Of a DNA stretch of 64,000 nt, positions 1 to 15,175 are shown in pieces. The DNA is from Podarcis bocagei. Taxonomy: Eukaryota. Position 1 is the stretch's first letter, and every line of letters starts with the position of its first letter. The stretch lies in the NCBI GenBank assembly GCA_964188305.1, contig OZ076897.1; one strand, written 5' to 3'. The notes under the pieces were generated by a model. It searched no databases. It was not told the DNA's origin and worked only from the letters and a program-made list of their open reading frames with translations. Made by a program: the position numbers and the translations under genes.

Positions 1-3000
1 GTCAGAATGGAGCCAGACTTGCATCTGCTCCACCGCCTTGCAAGGCAGTTTACTAAGGGATTACTCACTGTTGAATGACAGAACAGGGAAACAGCTATAA
101 TGGAGTTCACTGCCTATAGAGAACCCAATACAATTCTTAAGTCATGCTCACCGCTGCATTCAGAGCATGAGGGAGCTGATGTAGCAGTTCCAATAGTTGT
201 TTGGAAACAGCTACGTGTCTGTGGAGACACAGATCAGTATAAATACAATGAATTCACACCTCCTCCAAATACCTCCCATCCCACCGGTCCCCCATTTTTT
301 GAAAGGGAAGAGACCTGGGTATAACTGGAGGGAAAGGACAGCTGGTGGGATGAGCAAGAAAGGAAAAGGAAGGTTCAGTTCTTCCCAGCTGCATAAACAA
401 TCCTTAGCCTATGCTTGCAAAGAAATGTCTGGTGTGAAGATTGCACATTATTATTTTTTCCAGAGGACTATTTCATATGTCAATGTGTTAAGAGAAAGCT
501 TCACTGTAGGTAACTACCCTGTATTTTACATCAACGTAGCTATCGTTATATAAAACTATACAGCTAACTGCAGTTATATAACCCTCATATTTAGTTTGAT
601 GAGTGGTTTATTTTTCAACGTTTAAGTCTACACAAATTCAATCTGAGAGACAGCGACACAAAAAAAGTTGGTGAACTTTTTGAAAGTGCAAAGTATAAGC
701 AGTCATGAATAAAGCAGCTGCTGAATAGATTTATTCCTTAAACCAATGGGAGTAAAAACATTATCCTATTATGTGGCAACTTTAAGTTCCCTCAGTTTCA
801 GCATTTCAATATATATTTTAAATGAAATGCACATCAATCTTTTTCTAATTACCAAGTGGCTCCATGCTCCTTTTGTAAACAGTAGTTACATTACGTACCC
901 ATTTATGCTCATAAGGGACCCTGAAGAAAAGGCCCCATTTCCTGCTACCCAGTACGGCTCACTGTGAGAACAATATTTATGTAAGTTGCACTATCCCAAA
1001 GGAAAAGCGTGATGGGATATGACCTAATGTTCCCAGAGTACTGTAAAACTAATAATGGATTGCAGAAATGGTAAGGATATTTATTGAACTTGGGTGGCCA
1101 TCAACATAACTGTGGACAGTTTGCAGACGCTGAAAGACTGAAATAACCCTACATAAGCAGAACATGTACCACGATGATAAAAGCTGTGTTAACAGTTCAG
1201 TTTCACTGGTACCTTCACTGCAAGGAAAGGGTTCTCAAAACTCAGGGCTTGGTTGAAGACACAAGTAAGGCTGCAATCCTGTATACTCTTGTTGGAAATA
1301 AGTCTAATTAAAGTCAAGCGGGCTTACTCTTTCACAGACAAATATAACATTGTGTTGTAAGTTAAGCCATTGGTTTCAATGGGATTCAAAAGATGACTAA
1401 CTTTTTTCAGGATTGGGACTTTTTTCCCTAGTAAATTGAATGTGATTGCATCTTAAGGGGCTTTTGAAAAGGAGCACAATCCCCTGGGAAATGCCTCCCA
1501 AGACAAAACCCACTGAAGCAGACAGGAGTCATACAGATTGTTCACAAGTCTTGCAATGGTTCAGAATACTCTAGCAAACAGAGTCAAATTCAGCCTTTCA
1601 ACCATTTCTTCTCGAAATTCACAACACATACATTCACCGTTTCACTTTGTATCCCTGATTACAAAGGTCCCTTTTTAATTCAATGCCTCATCTGAATAGG
1701 TTAGCACAGGCTCATTCTTTTCTTCTGAAATATATTACTGAATTAGAGAATGCTTAATAGTGATGATGTTGCCAATTATATGAGCATAAAATGCATAACA
1801 TATAATTAATATGAATAATGTTATTCGTAGCTACAATGTTCTGGCTCAAATAACAATAATTCATAATGTTGAGTGCACTTTATAATAATCACAATGCTAA
1901 AACTGAGAGAATCAGGTTGAATTCCTATTTTAGTAGAGTTTTCTGAACTGCCAACATTGCTTTGAGATAATGGCCTTGTTTTCACAACAATCACTATGAA
2001 TGTGCTGATCTGGGCCACTTTGTCCTTTCTGCTACCACTGGAGAAAACAAACCTTGATCCCTGGCTTAGAGTTATGTCTGAACCGGACATGGTAGTCCTT
2101 TTCATAAGCCTTGTTCTTGGCTTACTAACTGTGGTTCGCCGTAGGAAAACCAGTGGGCCAACAGATGGAGTGGACAGAAAAGTGCCCCTCTATTCAGGTT
2201 CAAGATTAGATGTGCCTATTGCTCAACACAGTTAAACTAAATCAAAGCGCTCCAAAACTCCAGTTAAACAGATATTTCAAAATGGTGTTTAGATGCTTCC
2301 TCATGTTCAGCCTAGCTGGGATCAACAACAGTCAGATGGATGTAACCCAGGTAGAGGGTTTAAGGGGAATTTGTGCAGATGTGGAAAACTACATGTCTCA
2401 CCAGTTGACCAAAATCAGCATATCAGCCCTGGAGTCTTAAGAATTGGCTATGGCCAGCTATGCAGTTCTTCTAAGGTTAATGACTTGAGTGCATTTATAC
2501 AAGCATTAATCACAGATCATTTTTAGCTATGGTGTCTTATTAGCATCGTAAGGACATTTTATCAGTGCAACAAGCAGACGTTTGGGAACAAACATTTCAG
2601 ATTCTTGATATCTGAGCTTTTTTTCACTATTTCACTGGTACAGTCCCAATAATTTCAGTGAAACTAGATAGTCAGTGCTGATAAGTGAATAAGTCCACAT
2701 AATAAAGGGGTATTATTTTGACCTGTCAGGGGGGGACAAGACCCTAAAACCCAGAACTGCAATTACATCCATTACTGGAAAAGATCATTAAAACTCCCCC
2801 ACTGATGAATGGCTATAATGAACATAGTGTGTTTGAATAAGGCTTTTTGTTCCCAGAGAGCTATTGTTAGCATTATGACAAGGTGAATATGGAAATAGCC
2901 CATCATAGTTACTGTATGCTAAGGTTGAATAAATGAGCCATGCTCAATTGCTACTGAATAGACTTCTGACCTTTGGAACAAACTGTAAACACTGACAATG

Positions 3001-5225
3001 ATGAGGCAAACCAAGTGAACTGAATAAAGAAAAATAATTTTTAAAAAACTATTATAGTAGATTCTGTCCTAGTGAGAATCTTACTTTCCATTTGAGGCCA
3101 ACACAACTTGTAGTTTTAAAGATGTTCCAGTTAATTCTGCCAACGTACATATGTTCCACTGTTTTGAAGTTTATATATTTCAGTGAATATGTATCAGTTT
3201 TACCACACATATTAAACATTTACCTTTAATAACCTAAGGTGTGTTTTTTTGTCTGAACTGGTAACATGGATTCATTCAACTTCTCAGTTTTTCATAACCT
3301 GAAAACTACAGGTTATATGAAAAATCTGCTCTGCATTAAGTAAAAAAACCAAATATTTATTTTGGTTGGCTCAGATGGGTTGTGGCTAAGGGTCATTGCC
3401 CTGTAATCCAAGTGTGTTTTCATGGCTGTTAATAGAGGCTGCCACATGGAACGCTTTGCATTTTTACAAATAATTCCAGAAATTAGGTGTCCTTTTAGTG
3501 GTCAGGTCACTTATAACAGGTTGTGCCAAAGACTTATTCAAAGAATGCTAACATCCTGAACCCAAGGGGTTTGGACCTGATTTGACTTGCTCAAAACCAG
3601 GGGAAATCAAGAAGGATTTGATCAAATGTTTGATCAATCTGTTTCTTTTGGATGATTTAAAATAGATGAGACTGGAGGGATGTGAAAATGTGAATCTAGG
3701 CCAAAACAAAGAAAAGCTAGTAAGAACTCATGGATGTGTGGGTGGGTTTGTTTGTTTTGTGAGCACAGTGGGTAAACAACAACAACAAAGCAAACCCCAG
3801 GAGTCTGTGTTGTAAGATATGAATTATAAAGAGAAACTTGCTGTTCAGGCATGTTAAGTGTTCAAGGTAGATGTACAAACAAGCTCAATGTCATAAAACT
3901 AGAATATTAAACTATTAACAGGGCCATTGTAACCGCTTTGCAGGCATAAATGCAGCAAAAATGTGTAGGATCGAAAAGTAAGAAAACTAAATTTCATTTT
4001 TTGTTAAATTACCCTTTCATCACATCATTTTGACTCATGCCTGTCAGCTCAGGCAATAGTCACAGGGCTGAATGATATCAATCTAGCTCTTTAGAGCTCA
4101 ACCAGTCATATAAAATGAAGCACACCTAAACTTTGCATGCATTGATAAATGCCACTTAACGAGACTAATCTCAGTATGTAATGTATGCATGCAAGTTATT
4201 GCAAGGCTGTGCCTTCTCGCTTATTAAGATCTACAAGCTACTCCAGTTGTTTTACAAATGCTACCATCCCACCAGTTCTTTTAAATCTAGCTTTCCAGTT
4301 GACTGTTTATGTTCACGATGTGATTAAACAGAGAGCCAATTATCTATAGAAAAATTAATAATCAGTGTACATGGGCCGCCCTATTCAATGAGTCATGCTA
4401 GAAATAAGTAATATTTTCAGGACTAAAAGGTGAATTGTCCCTAATTAGAGCTAAGTAATGTTACTGTTTTTGTGTGTGGAATGTTACCGTGTCCTCTAGA
4501 TCTACCCTAATTAAAACAACATTCCAAAGGTCAAAAGCTAACTTGCATTAATAAATTATAAAGGCTCATAATTGCAGCTAGTGCATTATTTTAATTGGTA
4601 ATAAATTCATTCTTTGGAAGCTGGCATCATGACCATTACAGAAAAAAGCAAAAGGCCTGCAATGCATGCCTTATAGCACATGAATCTCTTTATTTGAGTC
4701 TTTTGTTCTAATATCCAACTAGGAGAGTATATGGACAGTATGAAACTGCACCTCCACATTATGCGATTGCCTACTTGTTGCAAAGACAGAAGTTCCATTT
4801 AGGCACATATCCCAAGATGATGGAACTTTGCAGTTAAAAGCAAATTTCAAAGTCTGGCATTATCAGCGCCTGTAGATAAATACCAAGGATTTCTAACGGC
4901 ATTTTCCTCTGTTGAGTCTGTAGCCCTAAGAACGTATTGTTGAAAAGCTCTAGGGAATAATATTGTCTTTTAACAACTACATTTTGAGGACTGAGTTCCT
5001 AGACTCACTCATCTACATGTAATTTTTGCACGCTTGTTATTTTTCTATGATACTGAACATTCGTTAGGATATTCCATATAATCTGAATTATTTGTGACAA
5101 TAGAAAAAGTCATGCAACTATTGAAATATTATTTTTCCCCATGCACTGTGATTGGCAGCTATGTAATTGTGGTAAGCTGCTTTGACCAAGGTTTCTATGG
5201 CAACCACCCTACAGTCAATTCTTAC

Positions 5226-5270
5226 CTGTTTTCTGGTCATCCATTGTACTGAGCTTAGTCTCGTCAGCTA
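5226..5270 (-). CDS. PARD3: PARD3 45-nt cassette exon (about exon 18)
   Basis: cttttaacag|TAGCTG...AAACAG|gtaaga; (V)ADETKLSTMDDQKT(G), similar to mammalian ADETKLNTVDDQKAG; symmetric phase 1; CTAAC branch-point-like motifs upstream. Confidence 0.93.
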
Positions 5271-6341
5271 CTGTTAAAAGGTAAATGTATAACGGTTAGC
5301 CCTGTTAGTGCCCACATCCCACATGCATCCACTGTTTATATTCTCTTTAAAGTTAGAGGACACTGGAAACATCATTCTTCATGCAAATAAGCAATGTTAT
5401 GCAGACTATCTTGATGGGGCAAAATAAAGCCCGGCAACAAACCTAGTAACCGTCATGCGTTGTGTCAGTCATTTCCATGTCACAGCCAAAAACAATGTTA
5501 TTCACATGCTAGCATACACAACTAGCAGAGACAAGTTGCCACACATGTCTGAATGCAGTGATCTGAGTTTTTAAAGCCCCGGAGGCTCTTCTAAAAGCAA
5601 TATGTATTTGCATACATTGAAATTTCTTCTGCTTAAAAGAAAGCCATAAGAGGCTTGGTTAGAAATGCTAGAGACATATGATTATAACAATTAAACAGGG
5701 GGCAAGGTGGACAAATGGATTTTCTTTGCCTTCATTTAACAATATCCCTGCAGGACCACAAGTTTAATCATGGCACTCCTTTACTTACAGAAATATTAAC
5801 CCTTCTGAGAATTCATACATCATACAAATAAAATGGGGATGGCACTTTATTATATGCTACCCAAAAGAAGCATTTATAAAATGTTCTCAGATTCTAGAAT
5901 ATAGTTCCTTATATGATCCATTCCCACAACTGCTGATTAAATATGAAAATAATGCTGTTCATATGTATCCCATTACTGATTAAATGGTATCCTGTTTTGA
6001 TTTTCTAAAGAGCAGGTATCTTGCTACTATTAACTTGTGCTTCACTGAGAGTTGCTACGTATCAAATTTTACCAGTCACGGCATGTTATCAGCTTTCCAC
6101 AATGAAGAGTACTGTGGCACCATAAAAAGGTCATCAAATTCATCAAGTGATTGCATAAGTGGATAAATATACAAATATCATGAGAAGGGATTTGGGGTGG
6201 GGGGAAATGTCCACACCATAAATCTTTGGTCAGGACCATTCCATGCAGCAGGTTTATTTTCTAGACAATACAGTGAAAGTATGCATATAAAACCAACTTA
6301 GACAGATACAAACTGGCAGCTGCACATGACAATATATATTT

Positions 6342-6344
<3 letters not shown>

Positions 6345-6377
<33 letters not shown>
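6345..6377. repeat. (CA)n microsatellite
   Basis: Direct reading, about 16 units. Confidence 0.95.
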
Positions 6378-6378
<1 letters not shown>

Positions 6379-6905
6379 CATATTTTTCCATATATTCTCA
6401 GAACTTACTGATTAAGCAATCTATAAATCTTACTAAAATAAATAAAATAAGAAGCAGATTGGCCAGGTAGTCATGACACATAACAGGTCCAGCAGGGGGA
6501 GTACAAACACACAACGTCCCCAAAGGACCCATACTTGCTTACAGACTACAAACTGAAGCAGCTCCTTAAGATCAGTGAATGAAATGGATACAAGCCACTG
6601 TCTCCATATTGGCCAATGTTGTAATTCCTGCAACATCTGACATTTGCAAACCTAGATCTCAAAGGAGACTGGGAATGGCTACCTCACTACAGAAACTAAT
6701 AATCTCTCTTTGCGTGTTTATTTATACTACCCAACACTAGCAACCACTAGATGAGAATCTACTCTGATTGGATCATATATTAATTTGTCATCTGCATAGC
6801 AACTGACACCTCTGCCATTGTCTCCTGTATTGATTGGCACTTTGTCAGCACTTTGAAAAATATGTCTTGTAGGTAACTCCTGAACACCTTATCTGACCTT
6901 GTCAG

Positions 6906-7331
6906 CTGTCAGGGAACTGACATCGGAGCCAGAGGCGGAGGCGAGGCTCTCAAATGATGCTGGAGAAGGGCCCAGCAGGGGGAGAGGCGGCTCACCAGCT
7001 GGGGAAGGAAATCAGCATAACACCAGGGATAAAGGGGGGCAGATGGGGGAATCGGTGAGGGGGCTCCAGGACTCCTCGCCGGAGATCAGCGAGGAGAGCA
7101 TGGGTCCTCCGCTACCCACGCCCTCCCTGCGCAGAAGACTTCCGTGCAGGGAGAGTAGGGGGAGACTTGGCGTCAAACAACTTTTATGCTGGAAAAGGTT
7201 CAAGAAACGCCCACTGACGGATTCTGCCAGCGACTGAGACAGCCATGAAGTGTAGGGCTGTCCAGACAGAAAAGGTTTAACAAGGCAAACTAGCCAGGAG
7301 TGGCACCAACTTGCGCACGAGTAACCCTTAC
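6906..7331 (+). mobile_element. GC-rich interspersed element with LTR-like ends (probably internally deleted)
   Basis: Abrupt GC/CpG-rich island in AT-rich intron, begins TGTCAGGG and ends about CCCTTACA (TG...CA); no clean target-site duplication (TSD); ends approximate. Confidence 0.45.
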
Positions 7332-7887
7332 AGTTATTACATCAGCGTATCTATTCAATTCTCTAGGTGGCCATTATAGTTTGCAAAATGCTCAAGGTAA
7401 TTCCCGCAGGTGTCCATTCCTTTCTGAAGGATGGGAGCAAAAAACAATGGTTGAGCTTGGCTGTTGTCAGTGGATTGTGCGGTGACAGCTGAACATGCAT
7501 ATAAGCATGTATACTGTTTTCTTTGTAAGTTGGTGTTTGTATACATGGCTGCACAGTGGAGCCAACTGGCCACATGGCATGATCCACATATAGGTTGATG
7601 GGGTGGACAAAATTCATTGAACACAGTCTTTAGGTATGCATTTACACTACTCACCTTGATAGGCCTATTCACCATGCTACTATGCGGGCCCTCTAGTCGG
7701 GAATGGATCATAGCCATTCTTGTCTTCACCCAATTGAATATAATATTTAATTGTGCTCTGCATAGTAATTTGACATATGAGCTACTGCATTTTTCATGTC
7801 TTGGCATTTTTGGCTTTCTGAATCCCCCCTCCCGTTTTCCAGTTTCCATGGTTTTAATATCAATCCACTTATGTGCCACTTCATGCT

Positions 7888-8011
7888 GTTGAGGAAATGA
7901 ACTCTGGCTCAGAAAACTTGCATCACAATAAATTCTTTAGTCTTTAAAAGGCCATAAGGCTCTTCATTGTTATTGTTGCAGCAGACTACCATGCCTACTG
8001 CTCTTGAATTT
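7888..8011 (+). mobile_element. Degraded Penelope-like terminal fragment
   Basis: tgaggaa...aataaattctttagtctttaaaaggcc...gcagactaccatgcctac resembles the younger copies at 24778 and 54145. Confidence 0.5.
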
Positions 8012-8751
8012 GTCAGTGTAAAAAAATATCGTTATATGATGCCCCTCAGGATGCAATCCTACACATTGCTTTTTTCTGGAGTAATCAAGATCAGTTTGAG
8101 GATGCCAAACCGGAAAAGTTCTCTTTCTTTTATTTCTACAACTCAAAGCCCCACTGATGTTTGAATATGGATCTGAGACCTTGTGGTGAAACCAGGACTT
8201 AGGCTAGACCATGAAATGGAGTCCAGAGTGCACTAGACCAGATCCCATTGACCAGATCCCTAGGCCTGGAAAATCCAGAGGCTTTATATTGTTTGCCAAT
8301 TGCAGGAGCTGATGTTGTAGGTTGGAGTTATGTTACAATCATTCCTAAGTACAAGGCCTTATCAGTGCCAAAACTGGACAGACGTTAGTTGTTTAGGAAT
8401 TATTTTAAAATGCAAACTTGAATTATTTGGCTTTTCTGTCTCCTGAAAAGTACCTCATCATATGCGCTCACACATTCACGTATCCTGAACCATTGTATAT
8501 AACATGCATCTGCATAAGCATAATGTTTGAAATATATAAACATTTAAATTGCATAGACACACATAATGCTCTTGGATCAGACCATATTACGACTTCTTCA
8601 TGCCACATATTGAATCCAGCTGCACGGACAAATCAAATGTTTGGCATAACAAATAATATAACTGCAACACGAAAAACAAACAGTATAATTGCAACCTGAA
8701 GAAACATGTTGAAATACAACATGGGGGGAGGGGTAAAAAAGAAAGAAGTCA

Positions 8752-8931
<180 letters not shown>

Positions 8932-11900
8932 TTAAAGCATACAAAGCACACACCTATCATAGTTGTGTAATAAAATGTTTACGTAAAATATGAACCAGCA
9001 ACAATTTTTGAAAAATGGCAACTTATAATGTTCCATATCATTAAAAAATATATATCAAGTGACAAGCATATTTGCAATGGGATTCTATGGAAAGAACAGC
9101 TGGGAAATCTACTTCAAGCATCCTCCACACTATGTGGTCCAAGTTTCCACAGCGGCATTCATGCTGTGGAAATAAATAACTGTGTACGTAACTCTGGAAG
9201 ATTCATGTGTATGGCCTGCTTCATGTGCATCATTGCAATGTAACTATCACACCCACAGGGGCTGCTCCCAATGAGCAGAAAAGAAAGGTGTGGAATGTAG
9301 AAAAGATGAAAAGAAAGAGAGAGACGAACGCCCACATTGCTGGGACCCAGAGGGGGAAAATGAGATTTTATTATGTGCAATATACACAATATATCTATAG
9401 TCTGATAAAACATAATAAATGAAACACTGCAACAAGTTACGAGGACAGTGAATAAGTCAAAATTCAAAGGGCATATTACACAAACAAAAACATTTCTATT
9501 TATTTATTTTTACAATGGGGGTAGCATTGTCCCATCATTCCTAACCACTGGCCATACTGGCCGGGCAGATGGGAGTCTATCCCTGGTTTAATGTTTCGTC
9601 CCTTTCTCTTTTTCTGGTTCCAACAATGCAGCAGTAATTTTTGCAATGAGGAACCACATGAATGGATCATGTTATAAAGCAGCAATGGCCCAGTGCTGTG
9701 GGGCCTGGCACTGCTGGTGTGGGATCATCATGGTTTTGAGTCCTGGAAGACCTGCTCCCTGCCTTGCAGGCCTTTTCCCATCTGATGTGAGAGGGTGCTG
9801 CCCTGACTGACTCTAGCTCCAAAAGCTGAGGCTGCTGAACAAACTCTTGGGTTGGAGTATGGTTTAGGAGTTTTGTTTTTTTGTTGGGGTGGGAGTTGTT
9901 GCTGTTATTGATATAAATTTTTGATATTTTCAGATCTTATTGTTTTTACTGTACTGCATTTTGGTTGTGTTTTATTTATTGATGATGGATACTGTTGTTA
10001 TATTTGTAATTATGTATTTTTTCATATTTTCAGCCACCTTTAGCATGGCTTTAACTATGGAAAGATGACATACAAATAAAATGATGTATGTATGTAACTT
10101 TGTGTTCTTCTCTCCTAAATCATTACTCTACATTAGTATGCAGCACAAGGATGAGATCACGCTCATGTATTAATCAGATATTGGTTTAAAATTAAATTTC
10201 TACCCTTCTAAATAGGTAGGTGAAACACAATAATCAAATGCAGCATCTATTGAACTCTTCACGGAACTGTGGCCAAAGAGGAAGTGGAACAAATGAAGGA
10301 GTAATTGGTATCAAGAGACCTACAGTATTTGGTTTGCTGGAGGAGCCTTGGACAAGTCTATCCACCAGGAAAATAAAAATGGGTTTGTAAAAAACCCCAT
10401 ATATGGTTGTTAGAGGAAAAAGTGGGATATAAATATGGTTGGTTTGCTTATTATCAAACTCCCATCCCACCCTTCCTCCATATTGCTCAGGATGGCTTAT
10501 AGGGGTCTGTGCCATTGCTTTTTTTAAATCCTCACAGCCACCCTATGTGATGAATTCAACAGGCTGGGCTTAGAGAGAGTGACTGGATAAAGGTTGTGTT
10601 TTTAATTATTCAATCATATCTGCTGCTGAGATAGTTAAAAAACAAACTTGGCAGCCTCCCAGGTCTTTTATTTGTGACTATGCATTCGTAATTAAAAATT
10701 ACTCCTGGATTCAATCATCTTTTATTTTCTAGCTATAATCTACAGCAACACACCAGAAAAAACAATGTAACAACCAAGATTTAGCAGTATCTGCAAAATA
10801 AAAAGTTTTTTTTTTAAAAAAAAAATGTTAACAAGCAAAACCAATAGATTTTTCCATATTTGAACCATATTATGTTCTTTTTTCTGCTCTCTTGGAGGCG
10901 AGGCAGCGACCATTTTGTGTTAGGGCATCCTCATGGTGGCAGCTTTTTTGAGTTAGGCTACACCCTTGAAAGCAGCACCTTCTCAAAATTTCCAATGTGC
11001 CATCAGACCCAAAAGGTTGGCAACCACTGTATTACACAGCGGTACAGTGAAACTGTAGTGAAACTGCTTCCACTATGCAAAGTAATCTGGACTTTATAAA
11101 TAATTATTCAGTTATCTATTTCCAAACTAATAAAATATTCAGTGCTTTGTTTATCACAGATGTTACACAATGAATTTTATGCCCAGGATACAGTGAAAAT
11201 GTAATACACAACTGATGAGAAGTAGTGTATTTTATCAAGCAAAACACACCTCAAATGGTAACAATTTGAACAGAGGTTTGTTGCAGGAACTAAAAAAGCA
11301 CAAAAGTCAGTGAGTATAGCTAAGTAAAATAGCCAAATAGTGGTTCTTAATATTTCAAATTGATGCTAAAGTCACTTTCTGTCTATTATTATTGTAATTT
11401 ATAAAACCAACAAGCAGCAAAGCGTATTATAACAACTAAAGCTTCTGGAACGACAGTTGACTCTTTAAAGAATGTAACCGTATTGTGACCCTCAATGTTA
11501 TTAAAATTCCACTTATTAATCCTGTCTCATTGTCCCTTTGTTTTCATAACATTTTCATCAAGGATTAGGGAGATATTGTCAGGCTGGAAAAAGCTTACAT
11601 TTTGTGCTGTGATTCAGAACAGCTGCCATTCTTGTTTGGATAACCCTTCATCCATATTCTTAACTTCACCCCTTGGTGCCTTGCAGCAAACTCACAGAAT
11701 ACACCTTTGTTTTACAAGCCTTCCTTTGTCCATTAGCAGCAGGAAATTAATACAAAAATCCACTCAACTGCTGTTTATTTAATTTCACTGGGTTTATTTT
11801 TTAACAAATATAATGCAATCAACACAAGTAAGACTCCAAACTGATCTGCCCCTTTTCATAATTGCATCTCTGCCTCTAAGAGAAAAGGCATTAAAGGTGG

Positions 11901-13376
11901 TTCCATAAGAAATTTAATGACAGCTAATAGCTCTTCACTCTTTCTTCCTGTGTCAGGGAAATGTGTGAGCAGGAAAATATTCTGCATTCCTAAATGTCAA
12001 AGATGTGTGTGTTTGTTTACATTCTGCTGAGGTTTTCTTGCCATACTCAAGTGGAAAAATCCACGCTAATACAATCTATTACATGCAATTTTGCATGCTT
12101 TTCGTGATCCGACCCCCCAACCCCATCACAAATTTTTAGCTTTTAATGTATTTCCCATGTGAATACAATGATGGGTGTTTGCAGGATTGAAATTGCAGTT
12201 GTGCCTCTTTCAAATGGACAGGTTCAACATTCAGAAGGAAAAAACAAAAGTCATCAGCAAAAGACCAAAATAAAGAAGCTGCTTTTAAGACAGAAAATAA
12301 ACAGTTTCTTTAGACAGGGTATGAGCAAATGCCACTTAATACTAATCCACACTGATATAGATATAGATAATAAATAGCTGACTTATGCAAATCCAAACAA
12401 AGAGATACTTGCTGGTGCTAATTCTTATTAAGATATTGCTGACACCGTTATACTATACCCAGGAGAGTGTGGGACTCAGAAAAATTCTCATACTTCAACC
12501 TGCTTGTGTTAATTATTGCCACCACCCTAGCAGGGGGTTCCACAGAGAGCTCTTTTATTTTGCTTATTGCTGAACATAATTACAAGGCTTACAAATTAAT
12601 GTCATTCTCTTGGATTAGTACAGATAGCACTACACAAAAATTATGCAATATTTATCCTGCAGAAGACAGTAAACAACCCAAAGCCAAAGTAACACCTATC
12701 CACCGCCCCTGATATATACACACAATGTGTATCAGTGCAACTTGATAATCATAGTCCCCAGATTTGCGGATATTTTGAGGTGGGGAATGTATGCAACACT
12801 AATGTATCACAACAAATGAAACTGATCTGTAGAAAACACAACTTGAAAAAGAGACATCACATGTATTTTTGTAAACTATGAAATACTTAATAATAATAAT
12901 AAACAGAACATCACTATGTAGCAAAATGAAAGTAATTGAAGTTTTGAGGATATCACAGAAAATGAGCTCTCTCTCTCTCTTAATCACCTTTTAGCACCCA
13001 AAGGTAGAGGATACCTGGAGAAGGACTTCCAAAGTAGATCTCAGCTTGTGGATGCTACTAACTGCTTTGCTCCTCACTTTTAGAAGTATATTGCTATGCA
13101 GTAAGGGAGGGGGGCTGTGGTTCAAGATACACAAGCAACTTTGGCAGCCCAGATACAGTTGAGCAGTAACTTAACCTTGGCCAAGTGAAACCTTCTCATA
13201 ATTCTCTTCTGCTCTGCTTCCTAGATAGGAACAAGCAACTCAGAAAGAGGGCTGGGAAGTCTTCTTTCAACGATAAGCCTATAATTCTGCTCCTCTCTGT
13301 GTTGAAAAATGCAGGTGTGAAAAGCACATGAACTGCTGATAAGTAGAAGTAATGGTTTGTGTGGACATGGGCCTTA

Positions 13377-13628
<252 letters not shown>

Positions 13629-14939
13629 CTATTTGTCACAATTTACAAAGCAATTTACAAACCAAGAGCCATAAGGCATCTTCAAAAGGAACCTATTTAT
13701 ACTGTTGTAAGTCTTCACAGGTTGCAGACTACTTCATCAACAACCTTACCACAACAAGGAACAAAATGCCAGAGATACAGTCTCTTAATCCCTTATTAAA
13801 GATTGGTGGTGGTGGGAGGGTTGGAACTTGGAGAAAGAGAGAAAAGTTTGCATAAGACCACTACTGAATTCATAGCAGAGGAAAAAACTGAACCAGGGAC
13901 TTCCTCATTCGTAACTCAGTCTCTTAGCCTGCATGCTACAACAGATTTGAGTGCAATTACAAAGATGAACTAAACAGAGATGGGGGAGGAGCTAGATATT
14001 AATATGCGAGACACAGACATCATGTTCTCCATAATGGCTTGGTATGTTGAGTGATTGTGCATGCCATGTGAGGAGGCTAAGGACCAGGTTCTGTTTTACT
14101 TTATGGAAATGGATGAGAAATATATATACCCTCCAGGGGACCATATAAGACTCCCACCATTCTTAACCATTCGGCACTGCTGGGTGGGGCACATGACAAC
14201 TGGAGTCTAACAACATATGGAGGTCAAAAGGTTTTCCATCCCTGTTCTATAGACTTCCATCTCTGTAGGGCATGGTGTCTATATGGCAAAGCATCATCTG
14301 TATTCATTCCATATATATTCATTCAAAGAATAACATTGCTAGCCCTGGTCATTTCAGCTGTGAGAAACGAACAACTTAAAAATAGAGTCAGAGAGAGAGA
14401 TCAAATTCTTTTTAAAAGTTTTTTTTGGGGGGGTGGAGGGAGGCAGGGAAAGTTAGGCGAAAAAGAACTCTACTACACGTAGACCCATCATTGTCAAACT
14501 GAAATGAATGTGTTCAAGTTTGCATAGCAGCTAATTCTTTGCCCAGCAAAAGCTTCTTTGATGGACAGGTTAATGTTGAGCCTAGTAATGCACTCCTCTC
14601 CAAACATAATGCCTACAAGATTGTTAACTCTGTGACTAATAATGTCTCCAAAGAGCTGAATGCGAAACAGTATAACCTTATGGCATTTTTTAGATGAAGC
14701 CTCCAAGGTTGAGAGGCAAAAGCAATTCAGTGGCATGTCTAAGTTTTCTCTGCACTTCTTAATATTTCAGCAAGAATGAATGATGACATTTTAGTAGTTG
14801 CACTGAAATGTAAAAGAAAATACATTTATTTTACTGCAGGTGTGTGGGAGAGGAATGGGAGAGAGAAGCAGATGACCCTTCAGATTTATGCCAGACACAA
14901 TGCACCAATGAAAAAAAATGGCTATTATTTCTAACTAGT

Positions 14940-15175
14940 AACATGCTGCATCAACAGTGCAAAGACCATGAGAAGTAATGGTACTACTCTATTCTGTTTT
15001 GTTCATACTTCATCTGGAGTCCTTTGCTGGAAACCACAGTGTAAGAAGGATATTGACAAACTGGAATGTGTCCAGAGGAGATTGGGAAAACAAAGTTCTG
15101 AGTTGGGTATGTCTAAGCTGCAGAAGGAAGAGATCATTAAGATGCTATATGATATTCATCTTCAAATAGATGATG
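14940..15175 (+). mobile_element. CR1 LINE ORF2 C-terminal fragment
   Basis: Frameshifted peptides LYSVLFILHLES / WKPQCKKDIDKLECVQRR match the CR1 LYxxLVRPHLEY...W.P.xKKDxDKLExVQRR motif. Confidence 0.8.

Noticed and set aside
1-5225. Next PARD3 exon ([21 protein letters not shown] type)
   Set aside because: Not found by eye; presumably lies beyond the window start
7355-7879. 174-aa minus-strand ORF
   Set aside because: No recognisable domain or splice context; adjoins decayed repeat sequence
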